From Eledone cirrhosa (Eukaryota): a DNA stretch of 64,000 nt. Made by a program: the position numbers and the translations under genes. Below, piece after piece: positions 38,731 to 52,549 of this stretch (positions within the stretch are counted from its first letter, which is position 1; every line of letters starts with the position of its first letter). The DNA is taken from positions 68,820,001-68,884,000 of the forward strand of contig OZ024746.1 in NCBI GenBank assembly GCA_964016885.1, given 5' to 3'. The notes beneath the pieces were generated by a model. It was not told the origin of the DNA. It made no database searches and saw nothing but the letters and a program-made list of their open reading frames with translations.

Positions 38731-39996
38731 CAGGGGGGGGATCAAAAAGTTCGCGGAATTTTATCGTACCAAGAAAAAAAATCAGGTTAAAACAATATTA
38801 AACATGTCAGAACATTGTCACTGGGTGTTTACCTTGCTATTAGTCACTTGCGGTCAGTTATGCACGGACTATTGTACAGTACTGACACTCTTTAAAAAAC
38901 CTCTTTTTGGAACAATGGAAAATAGTTATTTTGAGATAAGATCGAATATCAACTTTCTGGTGAAACTCAAATGGAAAGGAACACAGATTATGGAGGCTTT
39001 AGTTAAAGTTTACGGTACTACTGCTCCAAAGAAAACTGCTGTCTACAAGTGGATTCAGCGATTCAAACAAGGGAAAACGACCATCGCAGTGGAAGACCAG
39101 GAACATCAAAAAATGACCAAGAAGATAGAAAAATAACAGTTAATCAGTTAGCTATGTCCCTAGACATGTCATATGGTTCGGCAAATTCAATTCTGCACGA
39201 TAATTTGGGACTAAGCAAGCTTTCAGCGCAATGGGTCCCAAAAGTGTTGCGCCCTGATCAGCTGATTCTTCGAAGTGATCTGTCTTTGGCGATATTAAAA
39301 AAAATTTAAGTTGATGAAGAGCATATCCTGACCAGAATCATCACCGGAGATGAAACCTGGATCTACCAGTATGATCCTGAATCCAAACAGCAGTCAAAAT
39401 AGTGGCTTCCACGTGGATCATCGGGGCCAATCAAGTTCAAATCTCAAAAGTCAGATCAAAAAGTGATGGCCACCATTTTCTGGGATTCAGATAGGGTGAT
39501 ACTAATAGATTATCTTGAAGGTCAAAGAACTGTAACAGGAGCTTACTATACAAATGTTTTAAGGAAGCTGAAAGAGGCTTTAGTCAAGAAACGAAAAGGG
39601 AAACTTCATGGTGGGATCTTGTTTCACCATGACAATGCACCAGCGCATTCTGTGCATGTTGCAAAAGAAGTTCTTCGAGAATTTCGATGGGAAGTGCTTC
39701 CTCACCTGCCTTATAGTCCAGATTTAGCCCCATCAGACTTTTTCCTCTTTCCAAAACTCAAAGAAATGCTAAAAGGAACCCGTTTTAGTGGTGTTGAAGA
39801 AAACACTGCCAACACATGGCTTCGAACAAGGCCTTCAACTTTCTTTAGAGGCGGCTTACGAAGCTGGAAGCATCGCCTTGTCAAATGTATTGACCTGGAC
39901 GGCAACTATGTAGAAAAATAAATTGAAAGTAAATCATATTTTTTGAAAAACAGATTATTTTCTGAAAAATTCTGCGAACTTTTTGATCCCCCCTCG
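38731..39996 (+). mobile_element. Mariner DNA transposon with both TIRs
   Basis: ~32-bp TIRs CAGGGGGGGGATCAAAAAGTTCGCGGAATTTT / AAAATTCTGCGAACTTTTTGATCCCCCCTCG; TA on both sides within (TA)n. Confidence 0.93.
38915..39921 (+). pseudogene. Mariner DD34D-type transposase, frameshifted with internal stops
   Basis: HTH N-terminus, WVPKVL, IITGDETWIY, HHDNAPAH and PYSPDLAPSDFFLF motifs split over several ORFs. Confidence 0.9.
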
Positions 39997-40052
39997 TATA
40001 TATATACACACATATATATATACACATATATATATATACACATATATATATA

Positions 40053-40980
40053 CTAGCCGAATTACCCGCGCCTTGCTGCGTTTCACACATTTTTTTTTGT
40101 AAGAAAATGATGATTGATTTTAAATCAGTGATTATGGAGAAAAACTCTGCATTTCAATATTATTCAATGTAAAATGTAATGCATGAAAGATTGGAAAACA
40201 TTATTTTTTGTAATATATCAAATCAAAATTACATTATTAAATCTTACTCTTATTTTTTTTCTTGTAAATAATTTTTTTCAAAATATCAATTCAAAACTTT
40301 TGTGAATAGGCATCATACCATTTACCTATGGTTTAAATTTCACATAAATCGAAGGGAAAAAAATTTCAGCGGGGGTTTGTGCATCTTTAAACCCCATTAG
40401 GGTGTCTTAATATTATTGAAATTTGCTGAAATTTTTTGAATAGGCATCATATCTTATCATTTAACTATGGTTTAAATTTCATATAAATCGATGGGGGAAA
40501 ATTTTCAGCAGGGTTTTGTGCCCCAGAGAAACCCTTTGATTAAAATGAAATATACTTATCCTAGTACCCTGGGCAATGTAGTTTCAGAATATATATGGTT
40601 ATGGGGGTCTATCTCCAAAACCATAGGAGGAGTTCATGAAATCTTGTTCCATTTCTTGGCCAAAATGTTCACTATAGGGGGTTTAACCCCCATTAGAGTG
40701 TCTTAATATAATTGAAATTTGCAGAAATTGTGTGAATATGCACCATATCTTGTCATTTACCTATGGTTTAAATTTCATATAAATCGAAGGGAAAAATTTT
40801 CAGCAGGGGTTTGTGCTCCCGGGGAACCCTTTCATTTAAAATGAAATATACTTATCCAAGTACCCTGGGCAATGTAGTTTCAGAATATATATGGTTATGG
40901 GGGTCTATCTCCAAAACCATAGGAGTAGTTCATGAACAAACAAACAAACAAACAGGAATACAACTTTATATATATATAGA
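40053..40980 (-). mobile_element. Non-autonomous Helitron (Lep1-like architecture)
   Basis: Minus strand begins TCTATATAT, has (TTTG)n near the 5' end, and ends with a GC hairpin (CGCAGCAAGGCGCG) followed by CTAG|T. Internal ~300-bp tandem duplication. Confidence 0.75.
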
Positions 40981-41090
40981 GAGATATGTGTGTATATAGT
41001 ATATATATATGTGTATATGTATATATGTGTGTATATATATGTGTATATATATATGTGTATATATATGTACATATATATATATATATATAT

Positions 41091-41310
41091 ATCCAGTTCT
41101 CTAACCAATCAGCCACACGCCTTTCACAATCGTGAGGTTGTCAGTTCAATTACTGGACCGGACGATGCGTTATGTCCTTGAGCAAGACACTTTATTTCAT
41201 GTTGCTCCATCTACCTGAAGTTGCAACCGATAGATAGTATTAGCAATTGGAAAGACCAACGGAAACATTGTTTTCTTGGTCCGATTTGACGAAAGTCGAT
41301 CAACAGTGAG
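41091..41310 (+). mobile_element. SINE A variant with an inverted 5' segment
   Basis: 41091-41127 is the reverse complement of the head seen at 7440-7476; 41128 onward continues in forward orientation. Confidence 0.75.
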
Positions 41311-42155
41311 AGATGTGAACCATTAGTGTTGCAGATTTACAGTGGCTAAATAGAAATGTGACTTGCATGCTTTGCTGGATGTATAATGTTGATGTGTATG
41401 GATGACAGAACACAAGTGTACTGAAACACAAGTTGAGTATAAAAAGAACTGAATGTAGCATACAAGAGAGACTATTGTGCTGGTATAGGCATATGGTGTG
41501 TATGGAGAATGAGAGCTGTGTGAAAAATCAAGGAGCATGTCTGTCTATTATAGTGGAAGTGTATTCTCAGTGAGGCTTTTATTTCACAAATTAGGCAAAA
41601 AATCTTTGCAGGTATTCTCAGATTTGTGAAATTGATGTGGCTAACATTTAGTTTAAGCATCTGTAGGTCAACTTCATATCCTCTTGAACACTTCACCTTT
41701 ACCAAAACTTGACATTTCTAAGAATGCTCTTAAGAGAATTGATATTAATGAAGCTGAAACTGATAAAAAAAAAATAGCCATTGACAGTTATCCTTACAAG
41801 AACCACGGTGCTGTAACTATAGTGTCAAATGTCTTTATTAACCCTTTTAATTGGCAGTGTGAAAACATGTGGCTTAGTGGCTAGGTTGTTCACTTTTTTC
41901 AATCGTAAGATCGTGAGGCAACATGTGTCCTTGAGCAAGATGCTTTATTTTACATTGCTTCAGTGGTCTGAGGACTTATCATTGCATTTGACTGTATTAC
42001 GATATCGAAAGTTCTAGTAATGGAACAAGATGATCAGGATGAGCTGGAGCTGTCCTTTAAAAAACAAAATAGGCAGTGTATTTCATTAGAAATATGGTAA
42101 CAAAAGCATTAATGCAGTTTCATATGATCATTTCAATATTACACAAGATACAACT

Positions 42156-42194
<39 letters not shown>

Positions 42195-42200
<6 letters not shown>

Positions 42201-42713
42201 GACGTAAAATAAGAAAATATTTTTTTAAAAAAATTTAAAAAAAATTTTTTTCTTACTTAAATTTTCACTCCAACTAATTAGTTTCTGCAATGGGATAAAG
42301 ACAGTTATGTAATCCAACTGTCGAGAATTCATTGCGTCATCAGGAAGTCTATTCTCAGTTAAGTCTCCAGGCAATGCGCGGACACTGGCGGCTCATATAA
42401 AGATAATAATAATTTGGTAGATCGAACAGCTTGCGAGGACTGGATTCTATGTACCGAAATTCTCACTGCTTCAAGTCAAATGGCCGATTCTAAAGAATCA
42501 ATCACGTGACACAGAGGCTAGTTAGAAGGAATGGGATGGTAAGATGACTGACGCCTACTAACACCCCAAAAAAAATTTTTTCTTATTTTACGTCCTTTAT
42601 ATTATTGTTCTGCATTCTCCTGCATTGAACCACCTAGGTACTATGACATAACCTGTGTATTTGCTGGCATGGGCGTGCATCTGTGCGCTTATGTTAGTTG
42701 ATATATTAAATTA

Positions 42714-42715
<2 letters not shown>
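42195..42715 (-). mobile_element. Hammerhead-bearing element with partial inverted terminal repeat between (TA)n arrays
   Basis: Inverted repeat ATAAAGGACGTAAAATAAGAAAA (42195-~42232) / TTTTCTTATTTTACGTCCTTTAT (~42568-42600); (TA)n on both sides. Confidence 0.7.
42267..42348 (-). ncRNA. Type I hammerhead ribozyme motif with extended stem II
   Basis: Minus strand: ACTTC-CTGATGA-C GCAATG..(GACAGTT/AACTGTC hairpin)..CATTGC A-GAAAC TAATTA GTT-GGAGT. Canonical core, palindromic stem III, GUU triplet. Confidence 0.78.
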
Positions 42716-42751
<36 letters not shown>

Positions 42752-42780
42752 AAAGAATAGAGGTGTAACACACAAGTTAT

Positions 42781-43174
42781 TATATATTGGTAAACGGAAT
42801 AGAAAATGCTGACAAATTGTTCACAGTTGAAAAATGGTTTAATTAGGAATAAAAGAGTATTAGTGATTGTATGGGTTAGTATTCAGTTGTGGTTTTAAGT
42901 TTTTAAGTTTTTACCGGTTGCGCATTTCTAAATGCTTTTCAAAAATAATTTTGAGATAGAGTGTCTGTGCTGTTTGCTCTGATCAGAGCAAACAGCACGG
43001 ACACTCTATCTCAAAATTATTTTTGAAAAGCATTTAGAAATGCGCAACCGGTAAAAACTTAAAAACTTAAAACCACAACTGAATACTAACCCATACAATC
43101 ACTAATACTCTTTTATTCCTAATTAAACCATTTTTCAACTGTGAACAATTTGTCAGCATTTTCTATTCCGTTTA

Positions 43175-43184
<10 letters not shown>
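42781..43184. repeat. 404-bp spacerless palindrome
   Basis: Centre TGA|TCA at 42982/42983; ~200-bp arms with one mismatch noticed. Each arm has a degenerate hammerhead (TTGAAAA-GCATTT AG AAATGC-GCAA CCGG TA at 43023-43053). Flanked by (TA)n. Confidence 0.92.
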
Positions 43185-43211
<27 letters not shown>

Positions 43212-44774
43212 TGCTGTGAAACAGCAAAGTTGTAAGAACATTAGATTGAATGCTTTGCTGTATTCATTCTGGCTCTCTCCACTCTGAGTTCAAATCCTGC
43301 CAAGGTCAATTTTGCCTTTCATCCTTTCCAGGTTGACAAAAAAAAAATGTTCTAGTCCAGTATTGGATTAGATTCTTGTGAAGCACATGGCTTAGTGGTT
43401 AAGGAATTGGATTTGCAATCATGAAGTTGTAAGTTCAATTCCTGAACTGTGTGATACATTATATCCTTCACTAAGACTGAACGGTGGTCATGTTGGTGAT
43501 ACAACAAAAAGCTCCTAGACCACCTTGTACGGTGGTCATGTTGATGAAACAATGAAAAGCCACCCAGTCCTTTCTGTTAGATGGTCGTTTTGGTGCTACA
43601 ATAAAAAGAAAGCACCGTCCACACTGTAACATGGTTGGTGTTAGGAAGGGCGTCCAGCTGTAGAAACCAAGCCAAAATACAGACCCTTATGAGCAAGATG
43701 TGGTCACCTGACCTGTCTTGTCTCATAATGTGACAGCACATCTAACCCATCCAGGTGTGGAAAAATAGGCATTAAATGATTATGATATATAGCAAAGACA
43801 AAATCTCGATCTAACATGCCAGCACTACTTTATATAACAACCCTCTCTTGTGTTCAATCTGTGGACTAGTCTGCAAGTCTGTAAATTATTGGCTGGATTA
43901 AAGTCTCATAAAAGACATAAGCATCAGAACTAAAACAATTAAAAAAACTTAGGTGTTGGACTCTCAACTGTCAAAATCATATATATCGTCATCATCATTA
44001 TCGTCAACATTTTTACATTCACTTTTTTATGCTGGCATGGGTTGGACACAATGTTTTGAGAAATGTTTTACTGTCAGCTGCCTTTCCTGATGCCAACCCT
44101 TTTAGTTGCCTCTTACTCCACAAGAGGTACACACAATCATTGTTACACAATACCTCCATTGTTATTTTAATAAATATTGGAAATCTTTGCATGACTTATG
44201 TTTAATGGCAGCTACAAGGCATTCCAAATTTCAATTAAAACATTTTTCATTTTAACAATAAATGCATTAAACAGGTTTACTGCCATTGTCTGAAGACTGA
44301 AACAATTACTATGGTGATAATGTATTATTTTCTTTAATTAATCTGAGCCTTTAGCAGTGATTCTAGAAGTCTTAAATTGAAAGTTTCAATTATTGTATCT
44401 ATTATTTATTTCTCTTTGCCAAAGTTTAGTAATGGCAGCCATTTTTCTATTCTATTTTCATATTATATTGTGGATTCTGATTATTCGCAAATCATTCCTA
44501 TAGTCAGCCAACTGTCTTGAGTTTTGTTTCTGTTTTTTTTGTCACAAGAACACAGTTGAATGTTATTTCAGCTTCATTTCATTAATCAGGAACTTTATAT
44601 TTGGAAACAATAGTAAATTATACTGAAAGCTGAAGAATAACTTGTCAAAAATACTGACACTCTACCGATTCTGACAACCCACCACACCCCGAGTGGAAGA
44701 AAATAATGAAGGAGAAACCACGAAGATCATATATTATGGTTACAGTGCACAACTGAAAATCAAGAACCTTTCCT

Positions 44775-45310
44775 TCTTCTCTCTCTTCTTCTTTGCCCAC
44801 TTATTCCTGTGAAGGTCATGGAGGGGACAGAGTTCTCAGACATTCCTTCTAGGGAGTCCTGTCAGAAGCAACTAATTGCAAATGATTGGGCTGGCTCCCC
44901 AAGCGAACCAGCCAAGCTCATGGATGTTATCCAACTATCTTGCTCAAGGTCTACCCATGGATCTCCTGCCAGTTGGTGTAAATTCTGTCCAGTGATTCTT
45001 TCCTGAGACATTCTAACCATATGCCCATAGTATCGAAGCTGTGATCTCTCAATTCGGAGAAGTAGCAGCTCTACCTGGAGCAACTCTCTGCTCTCCGAGC
45101 TATTGAGTAACATTATTCCAAAGACCCTTTGGAGCAACTCCATTTCAGCTGCTTGTATCCATGATAGTATTCATGACCATAGGTTACGGCTGGTACAAAT
45201 ATGAGGTGAAGATAGCGAGTTTTGCTTTTGCACCTATCTCCCTTCTTTTGATTAGCGAATACTAAAGCTGGCGTATTACTGCACCAGCTCTAGCAATTCT
45301 TGCACTTATT
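44775..45310 (-). mobile_element. Decayed RTE 3' fragment (second RTE family)
   Basis: ELLQVELLLLRIERSQLRYYGHMVRMSQER; (AAG)n tail; homologous to 54385-54740. Confidence 0.75.
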
Positions 45311-45374
45311 GAGATTCAGGAAAGATGTTCTGGTCACTATACATAATTTATTTCTAATAATTATTATTTCTTTA

Positions 45375-45780
45375 TAAATAATTGTTTCTACTTTTGGCAC
45401 AAGGCCAGCACTTATCTCAGTGTATTACTGGTACTTTATTTTATCGACCCTTGTAAGGATGAAAGGCAAAGTTAACTTCGGCGGGATTTGAACTCAGACC
45501 ATAAAGGGCCGTAACTCTTTGCTGCAAAGCATGGCGTCCGACCCTCTACCGATACTGCCAATCCACCGCCCTTTCTTTATAAATAATTGTTTCTACTTTT
45601 GGCACAAGGCCAGCAATTATCCCAGTGTATTACTGGTACTTTATTATATCGACCCTGTAAGGATGAAAGGCAAAGTTAACCTCGGCGGGATTTGAACTCA
45701 GATCATAAAGGGAGGTAACTCTATGCTTCAAAGCATGGCGTCTGACCCTCTACTGATACTGCCAATCCACCTTTCTTTAT
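45375..45780 (-). mobile_element. Tandem dimer of SINE family B
   Basis: Two consecutive reverse-complement copies of 34280-34472 separated by repeated TTTCTTTATAAATAAT. Confidence 0.85.
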
Positions 45781-48283
45781 AAATAATGATTAGCAGCCTG
45801 AAGTGTATAAATCTGGTGACCATCTTACCACCTTCAGATAGAAAAACTATTCAATGGTAGTTTCTACAGTTAGTTCTGTCTTCTTTTGTTGTGTAGGACA
45901 GTGATATTGCTACCCTTGAAATCCCAAGGTAAAATTTTATCTGCCCACATTATATTGTTAAAATTCTGGATCACCATTTTTTAACAGTTCAGCAGACAGA
46001 GTTATTAGGATTTGCTGCACAGTTGTTTCTCAATGAATCCACAAGATAAAACACACACAGCCACACACACGCATGCATGCACACATATGCACAGGCACAC
46101 ACATACAATATTGATTAAATACATAATAACTGCTTCATTCTCTCATAATAGCTCATCTGAGATATTTAGAACAGTCTAGACCCTTTACACTTTAATTGGA
46201 ATGTTGATAAGATAAGCTGCTATGTACTATCGTGGTGGAATTGGCTCCCCACAGGAGTGAGCCCCATAGTTGGAATGGCTATTTCTTCAACACATCCCCC
46301 TTGCCATCCTCCAGGAGCAATATTTTCTCCATTCTGTCTGCTGAGACCATGAGTTGGCCCACACACATAGACCCCCAAACACACAAGAATAGGCTCCCTC
46401 CACTCCATCTGGGCTCACATCACTGTGGCAGCAATGTTAAGTTGTACTGACACTCATGGAACATATTACACACAAAAAAACTAATAATGTCATATATTAG
46501 TTGGTTATGTATTCCATCACAAATTCATGTAAGTGACAGAACCTTCTTGAATGTGGTGCTCCAGCATGACCACACTCCCACATGACCATACTACAGCGAC
46601 TGAAACCAGTAAAAGAATAAAAGGAAGTAGTGATTCTTTTTCAATTTGTCAATCTTAATTTTAGACCAAATGAGATGTGAGAGTGAAAATATTCAAAGAG
46701 GAAGTGCAGAATTGATATTTCTAGTTTGTAACATCTATTTCTGCAGTGTAAACTTGGCGGACTCAGGTAGCTTGGTGCTTGAATTATTACTTGATGGACA
46801 CATACAGGAAAAGAGTTTTGAAACACGGTTGTTACTCAGACAAGTCTTCAACATTATCATCATCATCATCATCATCATTTACTGTCCAATTTCCACCCTT
46901 GCATGCAAAAATGTCAGGGTGGTTTACCAAATAAACTTCAATTTAATAGAATAGAATCAATGGGTGCAAACATGGCTGTTTAGTTTAGGAATATATGTTT
47001 TGAAACTATGTAGTTTCAGGATCAAATCCAACAGTGCACCACCTTGATAATATATAGCCTCACGTTGCCTAAAGTCCTGTAGGAAAACATTTCGTAGACA
47101 ATTACTGTGGGGATACCCATTGCAAAGTTCATTCCTTTTCCTGTGTGGTATACTAGAATTTTATAGGCAATGAATTGGCAGAGTCATTAGAACATTAGAT
47201 AGAATGCTTTATTATATTCATTCTGGTTCTCTGCTCTCTGAGTTCAAATCCAAGCCAAGGTCAACTTTGTCTTTCATCCTTTTGAGGTTGATAGAAAAAG
47301 AACCAGTCTAGTACTGGGGTCGATTCTTCCTCTTTCTAGAAGAAATCTGTTGTACTCAGGCCAAGAAATGCTGTATGTCAATATGGCGCCCCTGCGACTC
47401 TATCAGGAGTTATGGGGCCAAAAGAAAAGATACTAGATTTAGTCCATCACCAGGTTTAACACCTCCACCTAAATATTAGCTGCTTTTGTAAAGTATTATT
47501 TTTTTCCAAGCATTTGTACCAAGTCTCTAGTCTAAAGGTAACTTTCTTCCTTCATCTCTAAAAAAACTAAGGAACACTATTCCTCCCCTTCTGACTAAGT
47601 CAGTTGTAAAAGTTGTTTAATAGATTTCATTATATTTATTAGAAAGTGGTAAATTGGCAGCCATTAGAGCAGAGCATTGGATAGATAGGAATGCTTCGTG
47701 GTATTCATTTCAGCTCTCTGCACTATTTGAGTTCAATCCTGCTAAGCTTAACTTCGCCTTTCATCCTTTCAAAGTTGATAAAAAATGTACCAGTTTGTTT
47801 AGTACTAGGGCTCTCTCTCTCTCTCTCTCTCTGCTACAATCTGACCTGGAGAGGTGAAGGCTCTGCTAAATTTAAAGTACTCAAGACACACTATGCCATG
47901 AAGCATCCCTATGATTCTGTCATAAGTTTTAAGTCCATAACACACATTCATATATTTGACTGAAACCAGTAAAAGAACAAGAGTTATACTTCTCCAGAAC
48001 TAGTTATATTCCAATGTACAGATTTAGAGTTGATTAGGAACTCTATACTTTCTGTGTCCAGCTTAGAGAAAACATACAAAATCTCCTTGAAATCTTTCAA
48101 AACTATCTTAAAAATAAAAAAGTTATATTCAATAATGTAATCTTACTTTCACTATATTTATCCCTTTTGATAACAAGCTGTCCAAAACCAGCTTGGGTTC
48201 TTTGAAACAAAATCACCCATTTTAAAGGGATTCTATTTAATATAAAATCTTTCAACATGATTTTATATTAGAAGCAATACACC

Positions 48284-48361
<78 letters not shown>

Positions 48362-48524
48362 TACAATCTGACCTGGAGAGGTGAAGGCTCTGCTAAATTT
48401 AAAGTACTCAAGACACACTATACTATGAAGCATCCCTATGATGTCATAAGTTTTAAGTCCATAACATACATTCATATATTTATGAGATGATGATGGAGAG
48501 CTTTAGCTGGCTGCAACATATTGT

Positions 48525-49555
48525 TTTGTGCACTAATAGAAAAAGATTTCATCTCAACTGCGTTGGGACAACAAGCAGCAAACAGCCACAGGAAACAAGC
48601 ACCACCAAACTCTGGGAGGGCTCTGTAGAAACAGTAGACAGCTTCTGCTACCTAGGTGACGGAATTAGCAGCGGAGGTGGGTGTTCGGAAAGTACAATAA
48701 CTAGGGTAAGAACGGGATGGAAGAAGTTCAGGGAGCTAGTGCCTCTGCTAGCTGCAAAAGGCTTTTCCCTCAAAATGAAAGGCAGACTGTATGATGCGTG
48801 TATACGAATAACAATGTTACATGGTGGTGAGACCTGGGCGCTGTCTGTAGAAGACTTGCGTAGATTAGAAAGAAACGAAGCTTGCATGCTCCGATGGATG
48901 TGTAATATTAATCAACACGAACGGCAAAGCATAAATGAATTGGGAGAGAGACTGAGCATAAGAGGAATCAAATGCTGTATGCAGGAGAGGAGGTTGCGTT
49001 GATATGGACATGTGATGTGTATGAAGGATGACAGCTACATAAAAAGGTGCAGAGCATTAAAAGTCGATGAAAGCCGCGAAGTGGGGAGACCCAAGAAGAC
49101 CTGGGATGAGGTGATAAAAGCCGACCTTACCCAATTGCACCTCTCAAGGGCGATGACACACGACCGTGACTTCTGGCGTCACGCAGTAAAACAGAAGACC
49201 TGACTTCCCACGAGTACAAGCCGAAGCTGATGCATATAGACAATATGCCCCCACCCCTCCCACTGCAAAGTGGTCGTGGAGGTGCCACGGCAAAAAGCAC
49301 CCAGCCCACACTGTAAAGTGGACGTGTAGGCGCCACGGAAAAAGCACCCAGCACTCACTGTAAATGAGGTTGGTGTTAGGAAGGGCATCCAGCTGTAGAA
49401 ATCAAGCCAGAATCAGTTCCCGTATGAGCAAGACAAGGTCAGCCAACTGGACACTGCCCACAGCAGGACAACCCGTCTAACCCATGCTAGCGTGGAAGAA
49501 CGGACGTAAAACGGTGATGATGATGTTGATGATGATGATGATGATGATGATGATT
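48525..49555 (+). mobile_element. 5'-truncated RTE copy of a sister subfamily, with complete 3' UTR
   Basis: VDSFCYLGD..RRLR*YGHV..GRPKKTW (nonsense at 49000-49002, end at 49203); (TGA)n tail; the UTR matches the SINE A tail. Confidence 0.88.
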
Positions 49556-52505
49556 GATACTGGACTATAGCCATAGAATACTCTTGTTGGCCAATCAGTC
49601 AACAAGGAGCCTGTCTGTAGTTGCTTAATCTGCTAAATATAGCAGTCAAACACTCCTCAACATTCTTCCATTTAAAAAATGAGAAGGTAGTTCTGGATAG
49701 CCTTATAACGATGGGATGGGATGGTCACAGCTGGAATGCTTTTGATCATAGGTCCACTTGATCAGGGCTAACTTGGGGTCAAACCTCAACTACTACTACT
49801 ACTACTACTACTACTACAGGCAAGTAAACAATGCTTTCATACAGTACAGCCTACAAGCTCTGTTATCCTTCATACAAATGGTATCCAGGACTCCCGGCTC
49901 TTTGACAAGATGAACACTTACTTTTTAAGACAGCAAAGTGTTATAAAAAAGAAATTTGGCTGCCATTTTAGCAAATCGAGTTATCATGTAGGTTCTTCCT
50001 TGCACTGGTGATCGCTAGGTTTTTATATTATTTTCAAGCAAACGAACGAGAATTAGGAACCTTCAAATCACCCTCAGAGACAATGACGTCATAAACAAAG
50101 GGAAATAACTCTAACAAAGAATAAAATCTAGGTCATGAAATCTGTTTCAAGCTAACCCAACTTAACAATGTTCAACATGACCTACTTTAACTCTAACAAG
50201 TTTCTTAAATACCTCTTGATTGATTTTAACGAGATCCATTCTTTTCTTCGCAGTAACATAAATTAGAACAAAAGAAAAGAAAAACCAAATTCACATGAAA
50301 TATTCTTCCAAACTAAATCTATTTTACCTTTGTAAAGCAACTGCCATGATCTCCAAGATTATCCTCTGGGAGAAGAAAACTGTCATGGATTATTATATTA
50401 TGTTCCAGAGCTTCTTCTAAATTTGGGCAAATATTTCTGAGTGTCTTTTCTTAAAAGATTGCTAGTGAAATCCTATATTTCCCTTATAACATTCCACATC
50501 AGTCAACACAATATTAAGATCCAGTTTTTGTTTCTTTTCTAAGCTTCTATATAAAATCAATAAGACTAAAACTGTGAAGGGTTCATAAGTCCTCTTCACT
50601 CAGAATAACATCTTTAGTCTACTGCTTAGTATCGTTTCTTAATTGTACCCCCCCCCCTTCTATTTCTCTATCTCTTCCCTCTCTTTCTTTTTCTATCTCC
50701 TCCTTCACTCTCAGTTTTCTCCTTCATCTTTCCTATTTTCTCCATCATTCCACTGCCCCTGAGAATTCAGCACGAATAGCAAAACAACAGCAACAACTAC
50801 AGCAGCAGCAACAGCAAATAACAACAATAATAGCAAAAACAACACCAACAACAATAACAACAACCAAAAAAGAAAAAAGCTATGCCATGCCATGTGATGT
50901 GTCTAAAAGTGACTTAATGGAAAGTTCTTCAGATTCCAATTCGAGCAATTTGTTGTGTAAAAACATAATCCTTATATTTAATCTTTATATTAAATTTTAT
51001 AGAGTGACATCGACATTTCATAATTATTAACATCAATAGCTGTTAGCAAAGCCATATGGTATTATAATTGCATGGAGGAATAAAGTTATGGAACCAAATA
51101 ATCTGTTTCTAACTATCATCATCATCACCATCATTATTCCATCAAAGTCAAATTTACCTTTCATCCATTAACAAAAATGGTTGGTTGGTTGGTTTGTTGC
51201 TTGCTTGCTTGGTTGTTTGATTGCTTGTTGGTTTCTTGCTTGATTGGTTGGATGGTGTGTCATGTATTGATGTGTTGTGTGATGAGGCTGGAAAAGCAAT
51301 TTTCCAAAATGCATTGGTATTGAATGATTAAATCAACAGAAAACTGCTAATTATATATTTAATTTTATCTCTGGAATACAGTGGATCCATGTGACACATA
51401 AAACTCATCAGAAATATGATACTCCTGGTGGAGTTGTGGGAGCACAATAGTAACATTTGGCATTTCTTGGGCATTTTTAAAACCTAGTGGAGCCCATTCC
51501 CTCTCCAGGTTTCAACACAGCTACTTTCTTCTAGAGAAGGAGAGAGAGAAAGTGAGAAAGATATATATAGGAAGAATTGACCACAGTACTGGACGTGTTC
51601 TTTTTTATTGACCTCAAATAATGAAAGGCAAAGTTGACCTCCGGGGGGTTTGAACTCAGATTGCAGAGAGCTAGGACAAATACCACAAAGCATTCTATTC
51701 AATGTTCTAACAATTCTGCCAATGTGATGCCTATAATCAGAAAGATAGAACATTTCAGACTAACAAACATAATGCTTTTGTTAACATTATATTAAATTAT
51801 AGAGCTCTCAAAGAAAGAAGGTATTTTTGTAGACAGTAAATATGTTTAGATGTAATTGAACTTTTAAGCAAGATATATTATACAGACTCTTTTAGAGAGA
51901 AATATATTGAATGTGGATGCTAAGAAATTAGAGAGAGTAAAAGAGGTAGTCTTATTGGTTGGTATAATCACTAACTTGTTGCTGGCTATAGGGGTTACTA
52001 AAATGGGCCAGCTGACTGCTACAACCAAAACTTGGTGAAACTAGAGAGAGAATGCTCTGTGTCCTTTCTTTTATAATCACTTACCGTAAGGGAAGTGAGC
52101 AAATGCTTATGATACAAAAATATGGCAGTAGTTTTGTAAAACAATAACAAACCACAATTTTTTTATTTATTGCCATGTATATTGTACAGTTTTTTTACTA
52201 CTGGATATTTTCCATTGCAATAAATTGTACACGGTTGTCCCATGTCTCCCTTATTTAAAAAATGGTAGAGATGTGTGGTTTGAGGAAAATTTAGTTGCTA
52301 TTCTAAAAGTTTATGTGATAATGTACAGATTCCTTCATTGGGTCCAGATTTCAGAGATTGGTTGATTGGCTATATGTAAATATGTGTGTGTAGGGAAAAT
52401 AGATGTTAAATAATGATGATAAGGGTGATGACACATGCACAAACACATACATATATATATATAATACATATATAATACATATATATAATACTTATTATAT
52501 ACATA

Positions 52506-52549
<44 letters not shown>

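Noticed and set aside
44283-44318. CTGAAGA..GAAACAATT
   Set aside because: Only 2 nt between the core halves (no stem II) and no closing GUH.
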